Source: an uncultured Methanosarcinaceae archaeon (GTDB taxonomy: Archaea > Halobacteriota > Methanosarcinia > Methanosarcinales > Methanosarcinaceae). Taken from it: DNA of 64,000 nt. This document shows, in pieces, positions 51,964 through 64,000 of the stretch. The stretch's first letter is position 1; each line of letters begins with the position of its first letter. The position numbers were made by a program, and so were the translations under genes. The DNA lies in the NCBI GenBank assembly GCA_963847185.1, contig CAWJYV010000010.1, positions 384,001 to 448,000 on the forward strand. Reading direction: 5' to 3'. The notes under the pieces are model-generated. The model was given only the letters and a program-made list of their open reading frames with translations, ran no database searches and was not told the origin of the DNA.

Positions 51964-52022
51964 TGCGCTTAGACCGTAATACTGGCATTTAATATTTATA
52001 TTTAATTAATCACAGCCCTGAT

Positions 52023-52823
52023 TCATTCCTGCTTTACAAGCCCCTCAAGGTAAAGTTCCCTGAGTTCGGCTGCCTTTTCACTTGCCATATCAATTGCTTC
52101 CAGCACCTCGGCCTCTGTGAAAGGAACGGAACCCATCTTTTGCATGCCAGCAACAGATCCATCCGACCTGGAGACAACTGTCAGCTTTGTCTCACAAACT
52201 GCCTCTTCATCCAGTGAAGGGTCTACCATAAGCTTTGAACCAATCTTTGCAAGTGTCACACCAACTGGTAGCTCTTTCATTGGAAGGGGCACATTGTTAC
52301 CAAGTCCATGCTGTTCGTTCGGGACCATTGTCGTCATAAGAGCCGCAATGGAAGCAAGGCAGGACGCATCGACAATATTGCCATCATCATTGAGGACATG
52401 GACATCTATGAAGACGATCCAGACGGACTCTCCGACCGTTATGCAGAGCTTCTTTATATCAATTGCGCCTGATTCCCGGATACCTCTGTCTACAACCCTT
52501 GCCATCTCGATTGCTTCTTCTCTGGGAGGACCTGGCTCGAACTCAGGAGAAGCAATAGGGTTAAGCTCAAGATTGGTAATAATCACACCTTCATCTTGCG
52601 AATCCGGAAAAGGAGTACCTTTCTGAAGTTTCACTCCTACAAGAACCTGGGTGTTTCCAAGAATTACCTTTGCCGAACCTTCGGCTTTGGAGATAACATT
52701 TGTTTCAAGCTTGATATCCCTGAAATCCTTAAATCCGCGCCCATCCTGGCGCTTTCCTTTGACCATAAGGCTATAAATATAATCCCTTTTAAGCGTAGCA
52801 ATAACTTCACTCATTGTTTTCAC
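52023..52823 (-). CDS. rrp42: Exosome complex component Rrp42
   Basis: RNase PH fold; GKRQDGR and LNDDGN motifs; operon context. Confidence 0.96.
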   Translation of the reverse strand: MKTMSEVIATLKRDYIYSLMVKGKRQDGRGFKDFRDIKLETNVISKAEGSAKVILGNTQVLVGVKLQKGTPFPDSQDEGVIITNLELNPIASPEFEPGPPREEAIEMARVVDRGIRESGAIDIKKLCITVGESVWIVFIDVHVLNDDGNIVDASCLASIAALMTTMVPNEQHGLGNNVPLPMKELPVGVTLAKIGSKLMVDPSLDEEAVCETKLTVVSRSDGSVAGMQKMGSVPFTEAEVLEAIDMASEKAAELRELYLEGLVKQE

Positions 52824-54222
52824 CTCTGCTTCCGGCTTCAGAGGGGTCTTTTACTACTTTCCAGGGTCCTCTGGACTTTTCTTCTTCAGCCTTTGCTGCC
52901 TCTTCTTCCTCAGCTTCGACTGCTTCAGCTTCTATTTCTTCGGATTCTGCTTCTTCAGCTCCTATTTCTTCAGCCTCTGCTTCTTCAGCCTCTGCTTCTT
53001 CAGTTTCGAGCTCAATCTCCAGTTCAGATTCAACAGATTCTTCAGGAGCAATTTCTTCAGTCCTAGCTTCCTCTTCAAACTGGATCTCTTCGTTAAACTC
53101 CTCTGACTCAGCTTCTTCCTCGGAAACTGTTTCTTCAGCTTCGACAACTTCTTCTGGTTCGGAAACTTCCTCAAAAGAAGCCTCAAAAGAAGCCTCAAAC
53201 TCAGCTTCTTCTTCAAGGGCTTCTTCTTCGATTTCGGCCTCTATTGCTTCTTCTAAGGCTTCTTCCTCTGGAATAGCCTCAGCTTCTTCAATAATGTCCT
53301 CTAATTCCTCAAACTCAGGAATCTCTTCAGTACTGCAGGCTTCGGCTGAAACAACTTCTTCGGAAGGCGCCTCTTTGAGTTTTTCGGCTTTCTCGAGAAT
53401 CTCCTCGATAACTGCCGCCTCTAAGGCAGATTCAGGAAAGGCTTCTGCTTCTACTATTTCCTTCTCAATCTCTGCAGTTTCTTCGGCTTCTTCTGCAGTT
53501 TCATCAACAGGGGTCTCAAACTTCTTTCTCAGGACTGCCTGCTGGAGTTCGAGGATTTCTTTACACCCTTTCTTCACAAGTTCGAGACCTTTCTTAATTT
53601 CTTCAGGAGTAAGGTGCCCATCCATCTGAAGGAGGGTAATTTCTCCATCCTGGGTCATAGCAACAGGAAAATCAGCCTCTCCATAGTTATCTTCTTCCTT
53701 GTTGAGGTCAAGCACGACCTGCCCGTCAACTTTTCCGAAGGCACAGGAGGTAACGAGGCCTTTCATTGGAATGCCTGCATCTGCAAGGGCTATACTTGAA
53801 GCATTGATTGCTGCCGTCCTTGTTCCTGCATCGGCCTGGAGTACTTCTACAAAAATATCAATTGCCGTTTTAGGAAAAAGCCCGGTAATAATTACAGGTT
53901 CGAAAGCTTCCCTGGAAACCTTCGAAATTTCAATGCTCCGCCTGCTGGGGCCTGGGCGAGCGCGGTCTTCCACCGAAAAAGAAGCCATATTGTACCTGTA
54001 GCGAATAACTGCAGTATCTGCGCGCTGTGTACGACGGGGATGGGCTTCTCTCGGACCAAAAACGCCTACCAGAATCTTATTCCTACCCCATTCAAGATAA
54101 CATGAGCCATCGGCTCTGGAAAGCACACCGATCTCAATTTTCATGGGCCTTATCTCGTCTGCTCGCCTCCCATCCAGGCGCAGCCCATCATCAGTGATTA
54201 ATTTTTCAGGTTTATCACTCAT
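52807..54222 (-). CDS. rrp41: Exosome catalytic subunit Rrp41 with a long acidic C-terminal extension
   Basis: GLRLDGRRADEIRP, LQADAGTR and DLNKEED motifs, then ~230 aa of Glu/Ala-rich tail. Confidence 0.96.
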   Translation of the reverse strand: MSDKPEKLITDDGLRLDGRRADEIRPMKIEIGVLSRADGSCYLEWGRNKILVGVFGPREAHPRRTQRADTAVIRYRYNMASFSVEDRARPGPSRRSIEISKVSREAFEPVIITGLFPKTAIDIFVEVLQADAGTRTAAINASSIALADAGIPMKGLVTSCAFGKVDGQVVLDLNKEEDNYGEADFPVAMTQDGEITLLQMDGHLTPEEIKKGLELVKKGCKEILELQQAVLRKKFETPVDETAEEAEETAEIEKEIVEAEAFPESALEAAVIEEILEKAEKLKEAPSEEVVSAEACSTEEIPEFEELEDIIEEAEAIPEEEALEEAIEAEIEEEALEEEAEFEASFEASFEEVSEPEEVVEAEETVSEEEAESEEFNEEIQFEEEARTEEIAPEESVESELEIELETEEAEAEEAEAEEIGAEEAESEEIEAEAVEAEEEEAAKAEEEKSRGPWKVVKDPSEAGSRGENNE

Positions 54223-54297
54223 AATTAAATCTCCAAAAAACTCTAAACAAATACTCTGCAGAAGCTTCCCTAAAATCCCTCGTGACTTTACCGGAGC

Positions 54298-55080
54298 TCA
54301 ATTCTTGGGGTCCAGCAACACATCGATCTTCCTGTAGATCTCTTCGGAATGATCTTCTTCTGCTGTCTTCGTATCTTTCTTTCCACTTTTAAAAAATTTC
54401 ACAGGCTTGGACTCTTTCTGTTTAGTCCGTTCATCTTTCAAAAAGTTGTAGATCCGATCTGTCAATCCGGAGCGCTGGGCCTCAAGTTCAATTTTCCGGA
54501 GAGCCCTGCTCAAAAGCTCTACATCTTCATCCTTTCCATCGATCCATATTCTGCCGTTCTGGCCAACGAAAATGCTGCAGTTAGTTTCTTTCTTCAGCAT
54601 TGAGATCATGGAACCGCCGTGTCCTATTACACGGGGAACTTTCACAGACTCGACTTCAACAATCTGGCCTGTCTTAAGTTTATGTAAGCTTGAATCCCTC
54701 AGGGCAAGCTCGATTTTCATGGAGTTGTCTACATCTCTCACCCTGAGAATCAAAGAGTCACCTACATCAAGTATTCCAGGCATATCCTGAGATTCAACTC
54801 TTCCTGGATATTCGGATACATGGAACAGGCCGTCATAAGGGGAGGCAATATCCATTATCCAGTTGGATGGTGTGACCGTAGCAACGATCCCTATCACCAC
54901 GTCATTTACTGAGGGGACATAAGCTCCCGCAAGAGGGATTACTCCAACTTTGTCCTCTTTGAGGTTTTCGATACCGCAAAACGAAGAATAGATCTTGTCG
55001 TTCTTGACATAAGTCCCGTATCCGGCTTTTCTAGTATGTTCGGATAACAGGTCACCAGGGATCACTATTTTTTTATCCAT
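54298..55080 (-). CDS. rrp4: Exosome RNA-binding subunit Rrp4
   Basis: S1 + KH domains (KVPRVIGHGGSMI, GQNGRIW). Confidence 0.96.
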   Translation of the reverse strand: MDKKIVIPGDLLSEHTRKAGYGTYVKNDKIYSSFCGIENLKEDKVGVIPLAGAYVPSVNDVVIGIVATVTPSNWIMDIASPYDGLFHVSEYPGRVESQDMPGILDVGDSLILRVRDVDNSMKIELALRDSSLHKLKTGQIVEVESVKVPRVIGHGGSMISMLKKETNCSIFVGQNGRIWIDGKDEDVELLSRALRKIELEAQRSGLTDRIYNFLKDERTKQKESKPVKFFKSGKKDTKTAEEDHSEEIYRKIDVLLDPKN

Positions 55081-55091
55081 CCAACATCCTC

Positions 55092-55784
55092 TTATAAAAG
55101 TTTAGTTTGAGCTTCTCCCTTAGTAAGATGATTTATAAGAGCGTAAAAATCAGTCTGGACTCCTGCAGGAATCCTTACTACTGCAATCCAGGAACCGTCA
55201 CGCTGCCATTCCTCTTTTGTAATGGTCCCAACCTTTGAAATATCTCCATATGCTTTTGGAGCATATTCCGAAGGGATCCTTATAGCAACACTTACTTCTT
55301 CAAAGCGTATGGGTATAAGCGGCCGAATGGCCTTCATTGTAATATTGACCAGCTGTTCCACGCTTTTTAAAGGATCTATATGCACCTTTGCCTCTTCCAT
55401 CGCCTTTTCTATCCGTGCCGGAGGATGGGGTGCTCTTGTCTGGGGATTTATTGCATTTCTGGAAATGGTATAGATAACTTTCTTCTTTTTTTCTTCAAGC
55501 ATTCGCTTTCTCTGCTCAGCAGTGAGCTGAAGTTCACCGCTTTTCAGAATCGCGGCAGCAATTTCAAAGGGGTCCGTTGTCCCAAATGAAGTAATAATCT
55601 CAGATTCTGCTGCTCGGTCCCCTTTGCTTGCGTCTTCAAAGATAGTTTCAACTGCCAGGATATCCTCCAGTTTTACTTCCTCTCCTCGCTTGTAAGCCAG
55701 AGCGCCTTCGGGCTCAACCAGAACCTCGAAGTGCTTGCTGCCTCTCTTGAGCCGGGCAGTAACTGCCTCATCCAGGGACACCAT
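55092..55784 (-). CDS. Ribosome maturation factor SBDS/Sdo1
   Basis: [17 protein letters not shown] and [15 protein letters not shown] motifs. Confidence 0.96.
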   Translation of the reverse strand: MVSLDEAVTARLKRGSKHFEVLVEPEGALAYKRGEEVKLEDILAVETIFEDASKGDRAAESEIITSFGTTDPFEIAAAILKSGELQLTAEQRKRMLEEKKKKVIYTISRNAINPQTRAPHPPARIEKAMEEAKVHIDPLKSVEQLVNITMKAIRPLIPIRFEEVSVAIRIPSEYAPKAYGDISKVGTITKEEWQRDGSWIAVVRIPAGVQTDFYALINHLTKGEAQTKLL

Positions 55785-55895
55785 TTTCAAATACCTTCTC
55801 CAAACATAAATTTGAGAATCAGAAAATTCTCTGATTACTCATTTTCTAAATATTATTTAGGGTTATTCTTTTTATTCAGTTTAGGGTTATTCTTT

Positions 55896-56636
55896 TTATT
55901 CAGTTCCTCGGTGTTTCTCAAGGATCTTCTGAACATAACTCTCAACTTCTTCAGGAACTAATTTTCTAAACTTCTTGTCATGAAGGGACACGACACCCAC
56001 TTCAAGAGTCGAAGCATCAAATTTTCCTTCGGCAGCTTTATAGAGTGCATTCATTCCGAGAAGAATGGCATCATCAATTTTCATATCTTCTCTATAATCA
56101 GCCTCAAAAACCTCAACAACAGAGGTTCTGCCTGCTCCGATAGCCGTTGCCTTGTATTCCAGAAGAGCCCCGCTCGGATCAGTCTCAAAGAGCCTGGGTA
56201 CATTGTCGTCAACACCTGCAATAAGGAGAGCTGTTCCATACGGGCGAACTCCGCCGTACTGAGTGTAGGTCTGCTTGTGATCGCAGATCTTCTTGGAAAT
56301 AACCTCCACACCTATGGGTTCATCATAAGAAACCCTGTTGATCTGAGCTTCTACACGGGCTCTGTCAATAAGGGAGCGAGCGTCTGCCACAAGCCCTGAG
56401 GTTGCTGCTCCAATGTGGTCATCAATCTGGAATATTTTTTCAATCGATTCAGCTTCCACAAGTCTGCTTGTTATTCTCTTGTCAACCAGCAGCACTACCC
56501 CATCGACTGCCTTGATTCCCACGGCTGTTGTTCCCCTCTTGACCGCTTCACGGGCATATTCTACCTGAAAAAGTCTTCCATCAGGGCTAAAAACCGTAAT
56601 CGCCCTGTCATAACCCATCTGTGGTGCCATCTGCAT
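55896..56636 (-). CDS. psmA: Proteasome alpha subunit
   Basis: [24 protein letters not shown]. Confidence 0.98.
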   Translation of the reverse strand: MQMAPQMGYDRAITVFSPDGRLFQVEYAREAVKRGTTAVGIKAVDGVVLLVDKRITSRLVEAESIEKIFQIDDHIGAATSGLVADARSLIDRARVEAQINRVSYDEPIGVEVISKKICDHKQTYTQYGGVRPYGTALLIAGVDDNVPRLFETDPSGALLEYKATAIGAGRTSVVEVFEADYREDMKIDDAILLGMNALYKAAEGKFDASTLEVGVVSLHDKKFRKLVPEEVESYVQKILEKHRGTE

Positions 56637-57459
56637 ATTCCATATCTCCCTTAAATTCTATTATACTATTTCCAATCTTCCCGGTTGATTACCGGCCTTT
56701 TTTCTTTTAGGATCTCATCCGCAGAACCGTCAGCTAAATAACCGCCTTCCCGAAAAAGGCTTTGGTCAGTAAGCATAATCTGCGGATATCCCGAAAACTC
56801 AGGAGCTTAAATTTCCTGACCTGCATTCAGGTAAGGAAACCGACTTTTGATTTCCTATAACGTATTTCTTCTTTATTAGAGTTTTTAAACTTTTACTAGA
56901 GACTTTTAATCCCTAAAGCTTTTTCTGAACGAAACCAGAGGAAAATATTCAGGTTACAGGAAATTCAAAGATACTTTTAACTCTAAAGTACGTTTTCCAG
57001 AGATGATCTGGATTCGCACACTTGAGTGATCTTCTCAATATTTTTGAGATCTGGTTCCAATGTTAACTAAGTCCGTTAATAAAGTGTATTTACTCAGTTA
57101 TAATGCTTGTGAGAGCCAGGGCTTTCCAAACTACTGGATTTCGACACGGTGGTATCACGGTAATATAATACTACCAGACTTCCGTTGCATCAGAGTTTGA
57201 GGTCTGCCTTTGATCAGGACAGCAATTATCTGCCCCCAGCCAAAATTAAGTTCCGGAAATCCCGGAACAGCAATTTTTCATTCAAATAGCCCTGTCAATC
57301 AATATTATATTTTGTTACATTAATACTAATCTATTATAATATATATTAGACAGCTTCCTGACAGTTTCACAGTTTCGGATTTCAACGTATACATCAAAAT
57401 AAGGTTTCAATGCATGCATGAAAACAAACCAGAAAACCATTCCAGAAAAAGCTGTTTAA

Positions 57460-57870
57460 TTAGCTTTTTGAAAGCTTTCCTGTTCCAGATTCTTCAAGAT
57501 TTCCGAAGTTTGTCCCGGTTTTAGGTTCAAAGACCTTGTGATCTTGAAGAAATTTTTCAGTGACCCTTTTAACCGTACCTGAAGTTCCGAGTATGTGCAG
57601 AGTTGCTCTTTTCCCGTTAATTCGGGTGAGAGATGCCATAGAAGCTCTTATTTCTTTTACTCTGGTATGGGAACACTGTATAATACCCATTCGGTCTTCA
57701 AACCCGAGCATTTTAATATCACATTCACTGGCAGTGACATCTCCAAGCAGAGAGGAGGCAGAAGACATTACTTCTTTTATCACATCACTCCTGAATGCAG
57801 GTTCTTCGGAAATCAGTTCAAAAGCAATGTAGCGTTTTTTCGCACGAAGCGAAGGAAGCAGACGTTTCAA
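57460..57870 (-). CDS. rnp2: RNase P protein Pop5/Rpp14
   Basis: PSLRAKKRYIAFE...GTSGTVK. Confidence 0.93.
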   Translation of the reverse strand: MKRLLPSLRAKKRYIAFELISEEPAFRSDVIKEVMSSASSLLGDVTASECDIKMLGFEDRMGIIQCSHTRVKEIRASMASLTRINGKRATLHILGTSGTVKRVTEKFLQDHKVFEPKTGTNFGNLEESGTGKLSKS

Positions 57871-58578
57871 AAATATTCCTCCTCCTCAAGCACTTCCACT
57901 CCTTCTCTGATATACCCTGGACCAGGGCGGTTCTTTGCAAGGATTTTTTCAGGCACGATACTGATAGCCTCAAGGGCTTCATCTTCTTCAAGCCCGCACA
58001 CTTCGGCCAGAGCAAGGGTTTCCATAGGAGAGCGAAGATCAAAACAGGACATCGCATCGCTTGAAAGGACAAGGGAAACGTCGTATTTCCTGGCAAGATC
58101 AATATTTGCCCTGAGATCCGACAGGATCCGGATGCGTCTTGAGCCTCTTGAATGGAGAACAGGCCTTAATGTCAGGCCGATTGCAACTCCGTTTTCAGCT
58201 GCCGCCTTTGCAAGTACTTGATTTAACCCACTGCTCCTGTCAAATGCCGGGTGGTTCAGAATATCTACCCTGGGATTCTCCAGAGCAGCCCTGTTAATAC
58301 TCTCTGAACCTCCATGTACTATAAGGACATCAACTGACTGCCTGAATCTTCCGATGAGTCCTTGAAGTTTCGAGGGATTTTCCTCTACAAGTTCAATTCC
58401 TCTGAAAATTTCTAACCCATCGATTGAGTTCAGGACAGGCTTTGGTTGAGGAAGTTTATCCGAGTGATTTGCAAGTGCAATCCCGCCGTAACCGAGATAT
58501 CGGGCAAGGAAGGCCATTTCTTCAACAGTATTTTCCCCATCAGGAACTGCATGAACGCAAAAATCGTAAAACCTACGT

Positions 58579-58586
<8 letters not shown>
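57867..58586 (-). CDS. rnp3: RNase P protein Rpp30
   Basis: NRAALENPRVDILNHP and SSDAMSCFDLRSP motifs. Confidence 0.93.
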
Positions 58587-59624
<1,038 letters not shown>

Positions 59625-59630
59625 TCACTT

Positions 59631-59698
59631 ATGTTTCACGGTTCAGCCCTGCCTGCAGGACCACATTCCAACGGGACCTTATCCCGAAAATGAAACAT
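59631..59698 (-). promoter_or_regulatory. Structured rpl15e leader, consistent with the eL15-Euryarchaeota r-leader class
   Basis: Closing stem ATGTTTCA/TGAAACAT, CGG/CCG and inner hairpin GGTCCTG-CAGG-CAGGGCT directly 5' of rpl15e. Confidence 0.7.
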
Positions 59699-60043
59699 GC
59701 GATACAACTAAATCATCTGATTTAAAGCTTTGCTCCTTCACAGGCTCTTTAAGAGCAAAGAATCCTCAAAAAGAGAAAAGATAGAAAGATTGGAAATGAA
59801 AAAACAGTAGCAAACTAAATTATTCAAATTAATATATACTTATGGAATTGTTGATTGGCGGCTTTTTATAACTAGAGTTAATTATATTTCAACTGCTAAA
59901 TACCAAAACAACGAGCTTTGTAACTCTATTGTATAAACAAGTTAGCATATTCAATATTGGAAGAATCCTATAAAATTTATGAATACTGTCATCTTCTTAA
60001 TGACTCCGGCTGCTGGATACTTAATGACTGCTACACAAACTAT

Positions 60044-60748
60044 TCATGCTTGCTCCAGAGCTTTTTTAAGCTCTGGATTACGCAATTGTCTTACTCTTGC
60101 ATCCTGGATGAGGTCAATAAATAATTTTGTTTCTTTTTTTACATCATCACTGCAAACAACTGCTGAGATTGCAACTACACTGTCGGCACCGTTTTCAACC
60201 GCACTCATGCAATTCTCTTCATTAATTCCACCGATAGCAATTACTGGAATTGTTATAGCATTTTTTACATCTTTAATCCTGGCAACACCAATCCCCTTTC
60301 CTGCATCTTTCTTCGTAGAAGTATCAAATACAGGACCAACACCTACGTAATCAGCCCCGGCTTTTTCTGCCTGGATTGCTTCGTCAATGTTGCTAACACT
60401 AAGACCAATTATCTTATCAGGACCTAGAAGTTTTCTTGCAGTTTTAATTGGCATATCGTCCTGACCTATATGGACTCCATCCGCGTCAACTGCTAAAGCG
60501 ACATCAATCCGATCATTTACCAGAAATATAGAGTAATCATTGCATATTTTCTTGATTTCTGATGCTTCACAGATCATCTCTTTTGTGCTCCTGTTCTTCT
60601 CCCGGTACTGAACAATTTTGCAGCCTGATTCTACCGCTTCCGTCACATCAGATAAAGTACCTTTTTTTGAGAGTCCGGAATCCGTTACAAGATAAAAGTC
60701 GATCTCTTTCAACAGAGAATACTTAAGGCTGAAATTTTTCTGGTTCAT
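60044..60748 (-). CDS. thiE: Thiamine-phosphate synthase
   Basis: [26 protein letters not shown] and AIGGI motifs. Confidence 0.96.
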   Translation of the reverse strand: MNQKNFSLKYSLLKEIDFYLVTDSGLSKKGTLSDVTEAVESGCKIVQYREKNRSTKEMICEASEIKKICNDYSIFLVNDRIDVALAVDADGVHIGQDDMPIKTARKLLGPDKIIGLSVSNIDEAIQAEKAGADYVGVGPVFDTSTKKDAGKGIGVARIKDVKNAITIPVIAIGGINEENCMSAVENGADSVVAISAVVCSDDVKKETKLFIDLIQDARVRQLRNPELKKALEQA

Positions 60749-60799
60749 AGCTATTTGTATCCATTCAGAATTCGTGTTTCGAAATGAACTTTTTCAAAT

Positions 60800-61600
60800 T
60801 TATCTTTCTTCAAGATTTATTTCTTCAAAGTTGGCCATTTTTTCTACTTTCTCGTCTGACAGATTGAAAACCTCATCGTACAGATTAACTTTAAAGCTTC
60901 CAGGCCCTTTTGACATTTCAGCTGCAAGCTCTCCTGCGACTCCAAAGTAAATCAGAGCATCCCTTGACGCCTCACAAAAATCCGGGTTTACAGAAGCAAA
61001 TGAACCTATTACCGATGCAGCCATGCACCCTGTCCCGACAATTGATCCCATTTGTTCATGTCCGTTTTTTATAATAAATGTCTGTGTTCCGTCGCTTATT
61101 ATGTCTTCTTTTCCTGTCATCACAACAACCGCAGACTTTACTTTTGCAAACTCTTTTGCAACCTGTTGAGGGTCAGCATTGATTGAAGTTGCTTCAACTC
61201 CTCTGGTTTCAGCGTTTTCGCCTGCCAGTTTTGCGATTTCGGAGTAATTACCTTTGATTATGTCAATATGAGCAGAATCAAGAATTTTTTCAGCCATTTC
61301 ATCCCTGAACTTCGTAGCGCCAACTCCGACCGCATCGAGTATAACAGGTATTTCCTTTTCGTTCGCAGCGACAGCAGAGATAATCATAGCATCTATCAGT
61401 TCGGATGTCAAAGTTCCGATATTAAGTACAAGGGCAGAAGAAATTTTTGTCATATCGGCACATTCTTCAGGAGCATGCGCCATTACAGGAAGTGCGCCAA
61501 ATGCTCTTGTCATATTAGCGCAGTCGTAAATAGTAACCCAGTTCGTTATATGATGTATCAGGGGTTTTGCTTCCCTTATTGTTTTTAGCGGGCCTTTCAT
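60800..61600 (-). CDS. thiM: Hydroxyethylthiazole kinase
   Basis: [24 protein letters not shown] and VGTGC motifs. Confidence 0.96.
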   Translation of the reverse strand: MKGPLKTIREAKPLIHHITNWVTIYDCANMTRAFGALPVMAHAPEECADMTKISSALVLNIGTLTSELIDAMIISAVAANEKEIPVILDAVGVGATKFRDEMAEKILDSAHIDIIKGNYSEIAKLAGENAETRGVEATSINADPQQVAKEFAKVKSAVVVMTGKEDIISDGTQTFIIKNGHEQMGSIVGTGCMAASVIGSFASVNPDFCEASRDALIYFGVAGELAAEMSKGPGSFKVNLYDEVFNLSDEKVEKMANFEEINLEER

Positions 61601-62047
61601 CAGTTATTCCTCAAAGCGTTTTAAATACTTGGATATCTACAAAGCCTATTAGATTTTAAAAGCATTTTAATATACTTCATTTTAATAATTTAGCATTTAT
61701 TTTTGTTGTATATTAAAATAAGGAATCTAAAACGATATTTCAATGTTCACTTCCTTATAACAATATAGCGGGTTTTAAGGAATTAGACCCTCCATATTTG
61801 ACGAACCAGTTTTAATAATTATTGTTCAAATATTTAAGGGAAGAACAGGAAGAGCACGGTAAAAGTAAATTCCAATTTATACACTTGACCAAAATATCTC
61901 AGATACACCTGGAATTTGTTTTTGTGTATCGCTCCAGTTCACATATAAAAGATCGATATAAACTAAAAATAAGGTAAAAATAGGAAATGGTAAAAATAGT
62001 TAAGGATTTTTAATTTATTCATACTGGATACATGTTATTGGAGTATT

Positions 62048-62491
62048 TTAGGCCTTTTCGCCGAACTCAAGCTTTCTCCCGGCTCCATCTATAACTGTCT
62101 TTTTTCCATCGTTGTAGATATACCTCGCAGAGGTATTCCCATCTGCTCCATATTTTGTCCAGACTGTCGTATTCTTGTCCTCGGACCACATATATTCAAA
62201 TTTTGAGAGATTTTCCTCAGTGCCTGTTTCTATGAACGCTTTACAGAGAGTTTTGCCTTCGAACTCTTCGTTGCCGGCAATTGTCATACCGAGTATTTCA
62301 CCTGTGGCAGGGTTTTTAACTTGAATTAGTGAGCCTTCAGGACACCAGCTTCCATTAACCGCTTCCGGAAGACTGATGTTGATTTCAGTGTCGTTATTTG
62401 AAACGGAAATATTTGTCCCGTGGCTCTCGGTACAACCCGAAGCAAGAATAATTGCTACAAGAAATAGAAAAATTATCTGCTCTTTTGACAA
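62048..62491 (-). CDS. Hypothetical lipoprotein
   Basis: RBS GGTGA; signal peptide with LASG-C lipobox. Confidence 0.8.
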   Translation of the reverse strand: MSKEQIIFLFLVAIILASGCTESHGTNISVSNNDTEINISLPEAVNGSWCPEGSLIQVKNPATGEILGMTIAGNEEFEGKTLCKAFIETGTEENLSKFEYMWSEDKNTTVWTKYGADGNTSARYIYNDGKKTVIDGAGRKLEFGEKA

Positions 62492-62704
62492 GTACTATCA
62501 CCTAAACATACCAGAACTTGTTTCTAGACATAAATAAGGTTAGTTCTGAAAATGATTTGAAGACTCAACTCACAAATCCCATGTAGGGCATCAAACACCA
62601 TTTTTGACAACAGTGAAAATAAATTTATACTCTGGCAATCTTGATTTATACAAAGCTTCTAATCTAATAGTAATATACTTTTGTATCGAACGGAGGCGTG
62701 TGGT

Positions 62705-64000
62705 ATAGATGTTAATGTTATAAAAAATAAAGATGAGTTTACCTGGATGAAGCATCTCCTTTCCACAAGCCCGTATCCCATATTCAGGGTGAAAAGGGAT
62801 GGGACTATAATCTATGCAAACGAAGCATGCTCTCCGCTGTTTAAAGTGTGGGGAATCAGCCCCGGCGAGAAGATTCCCTCAAAAATTCTATTTTTTGTCC
62901 TGAAAGCTGTTCTGGGAAAAGGGATTCAGAAAAGTAAAATAAAAGAGAATGGGAGAGAATACTTACTTAATTTTGAATCGGCTGGAAACGGACACATAAA
63001 TATCTACGGGTTTGACCTCACATTGCTGAGATCGGAAGAAAAAATATCAAACGCTGAGAAAACGTATTATGAAGAAATTCAGGAACCCGGAAAAATAGGT
63101 TTCTTATCTTCAGATTTACAAACACTGCTTGATAAGATTGCAGAAATGACTGCTTCTGCTCTTCAAGTAAAATCCTGTAGAATTTTAAAAACCTCAGATT
63201 ATACCGAAGGAACCTGCAATGGACTGCATTTTCAGGAAATAGGATCGAACAGGAAGAATCAGATCTTACAACAGGAATTTGCTTATGGGATAAGCGTTTT
63301 CGCAAAAATGAATGGAATAAATTTTGCTGTTATAACACTTCAAAAAAATAAACCTGCAGAATTTGTTCTGGAAAATGTGTGCTACCTCAGATATGTATTG
63401 TCATTAGTCATTAAAATCCTTGAGTGCCAGGAAAGTGAAAGAAACCTCAAGGGTAGAACTCATTCTTTGGGAAATCTACTCCAATCCATGCCTGATCCGG
63501 CTTATTTTAGAAACCTATGTGACAGAACTGAAAATGATGGATTTATTGTTAGAGAAGGAGACTTCTCAAACGAAGGGCTTACAGCGAATTCCTTATTTGA
63601 AATAGAGAAAATAATCCATGAAGAGTTTCTATCTGCCGTTAAAGAAAAGGATATTCTAATTTTGAATAAGGAGGTAGGGTTTACAGAAGCAGTGCAGGAA
63701 AGAAAAAGATTAAAGAAAAATGAAGAAACTTTAGAAATTTCCCTTAAAGTACAGAAAGTCCTGTGGAGTGTAATCAATAACAGTCCTGCAGTAGTCTTTT
63801 TGTGGAGAAATGAAGAGAACTGGCCTGCAGATTTCGTTTCTGAAAACATTTCTCAGTTTGGGTATACAGTTGAGGACTTTACATCCGGCAAATTTCTGTA
63901 CGGGAATATTATTCATAGGGAAGATGTAGACAGGGTAAGGGCAGAGCTTGATCACTACACTAAAGCCGGTTATGAGGACTTTAGAATTGAGTACAGGATA
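62705..64000 (+). CDS. PAS-domain sensor protein (probable histidine kinase), runs off the window end (not in ORF track)
   Basis: Frame open to 64000: SPYPIFRVKRDGTIIYANEA...SPAVVFLWRNEENWPADFVSENISQFGY...IIHRED; similar N-terminal layout to 29083-31899. Start is ATA 62705 behind GGAGG or ATG 62747. Confidence 0.85.
   Translation, partial: MDVNVIKNKDEFTWMKHLLSTSPYPIFRVKRDGTIIYANEACSPLFKVWGISPGEKIPSKILFFVLKAVLGKGIQKSKIKENGREYLLNFESAGNGHINIYGFDLTLLRSEEKISNAEKTYYEEIQEPGKIGFLSSDLQTLLDKIAEMTASALQVKSCRILKTSDYTEGTCNGLHFQEIGSNRKNQILQQEFAYGISVFAKMNGINFAVITLQKNKPAEFVLENVCYLRYVLSLVIKILECQESERNLKGRTHSLGNLLQSMPDPAYFRNLCDRTENDGFIVREGDFSNEGLTANSLFEIEKIIHEEFLSAVKEKDILILNKEVGFTEAVQERKRLKKNEETLEISLKVQKVLWSVINNSPAVVFLWRNEENWPADFVSENISQFGYTVEDFTSGKFLYGNIIHREDVDRVRAELDHYTKAGYEDFRIEYRI

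Noticed and set aside
52814-53629. 271-aa Ser-rich ORF on the + strand
   Set aside because: Antisense shadow of the Glu/Ala-rich Rrp41 tail.
61601-62047. TPP riboswitch upstream of thiM-thiE
   Set aside because: AT-rich region; I could not find the conserved TPP aptamer core in a plausible fold.
62705-64000. Pseudogene (no long ORF in the track)
   Set aside because: The frame is open without stops to the window edge; it is only missing from the track because it is incomplete.

Overview
Archaeal DNA that I infer is from Methanosarcina, based on the protein families, PGF-CTERM/PKD surface proteins and intergenic repeat types. The left part (1-34 kb) is ordinary accessory and metabolic content: an RND exporter with MarR, two sensor kinases, ppsA, a Schlafen/AlbA_2 protein, an O-acyltransferase, a Ni/peptide ABC operon with two binding proteins, a hydantoinase-A/HDAC pair and a JAMM protease. 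The right part (51.4-62 kb) is the conserved exosome/proteasome/RNase P superoperon (rpl15e to rpl37ae, rpoP), followed by thiM-thiE. About 16.6 kb of accessory DNA separates rpoP from Brix-pcc1, which normally follow it. The core of this stretch is a decayed casposon locus. It has a tRNA-Leu-like 3' pseudo-target, then 14 bp starting CGCA, then a GGG-initiated candidate terminal repeat (35941-36006). An intact NLR-like NACHT gene follows, then four co-oriented fragments of a casposase-type cas1 interleaved with different cargo genes, resembling a cassette array. I saw no CRISPR array, polB or second terminal repeat. Side observations are several genes that appear to need ATT/ATA/ACG starts, twin 43-codon membrane peptides (one with an amber codon where its paralog has Tyr), and structured leaders ahead of rpl37ae and rpl15e. 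All alignments were done by eye and no database searches were run.
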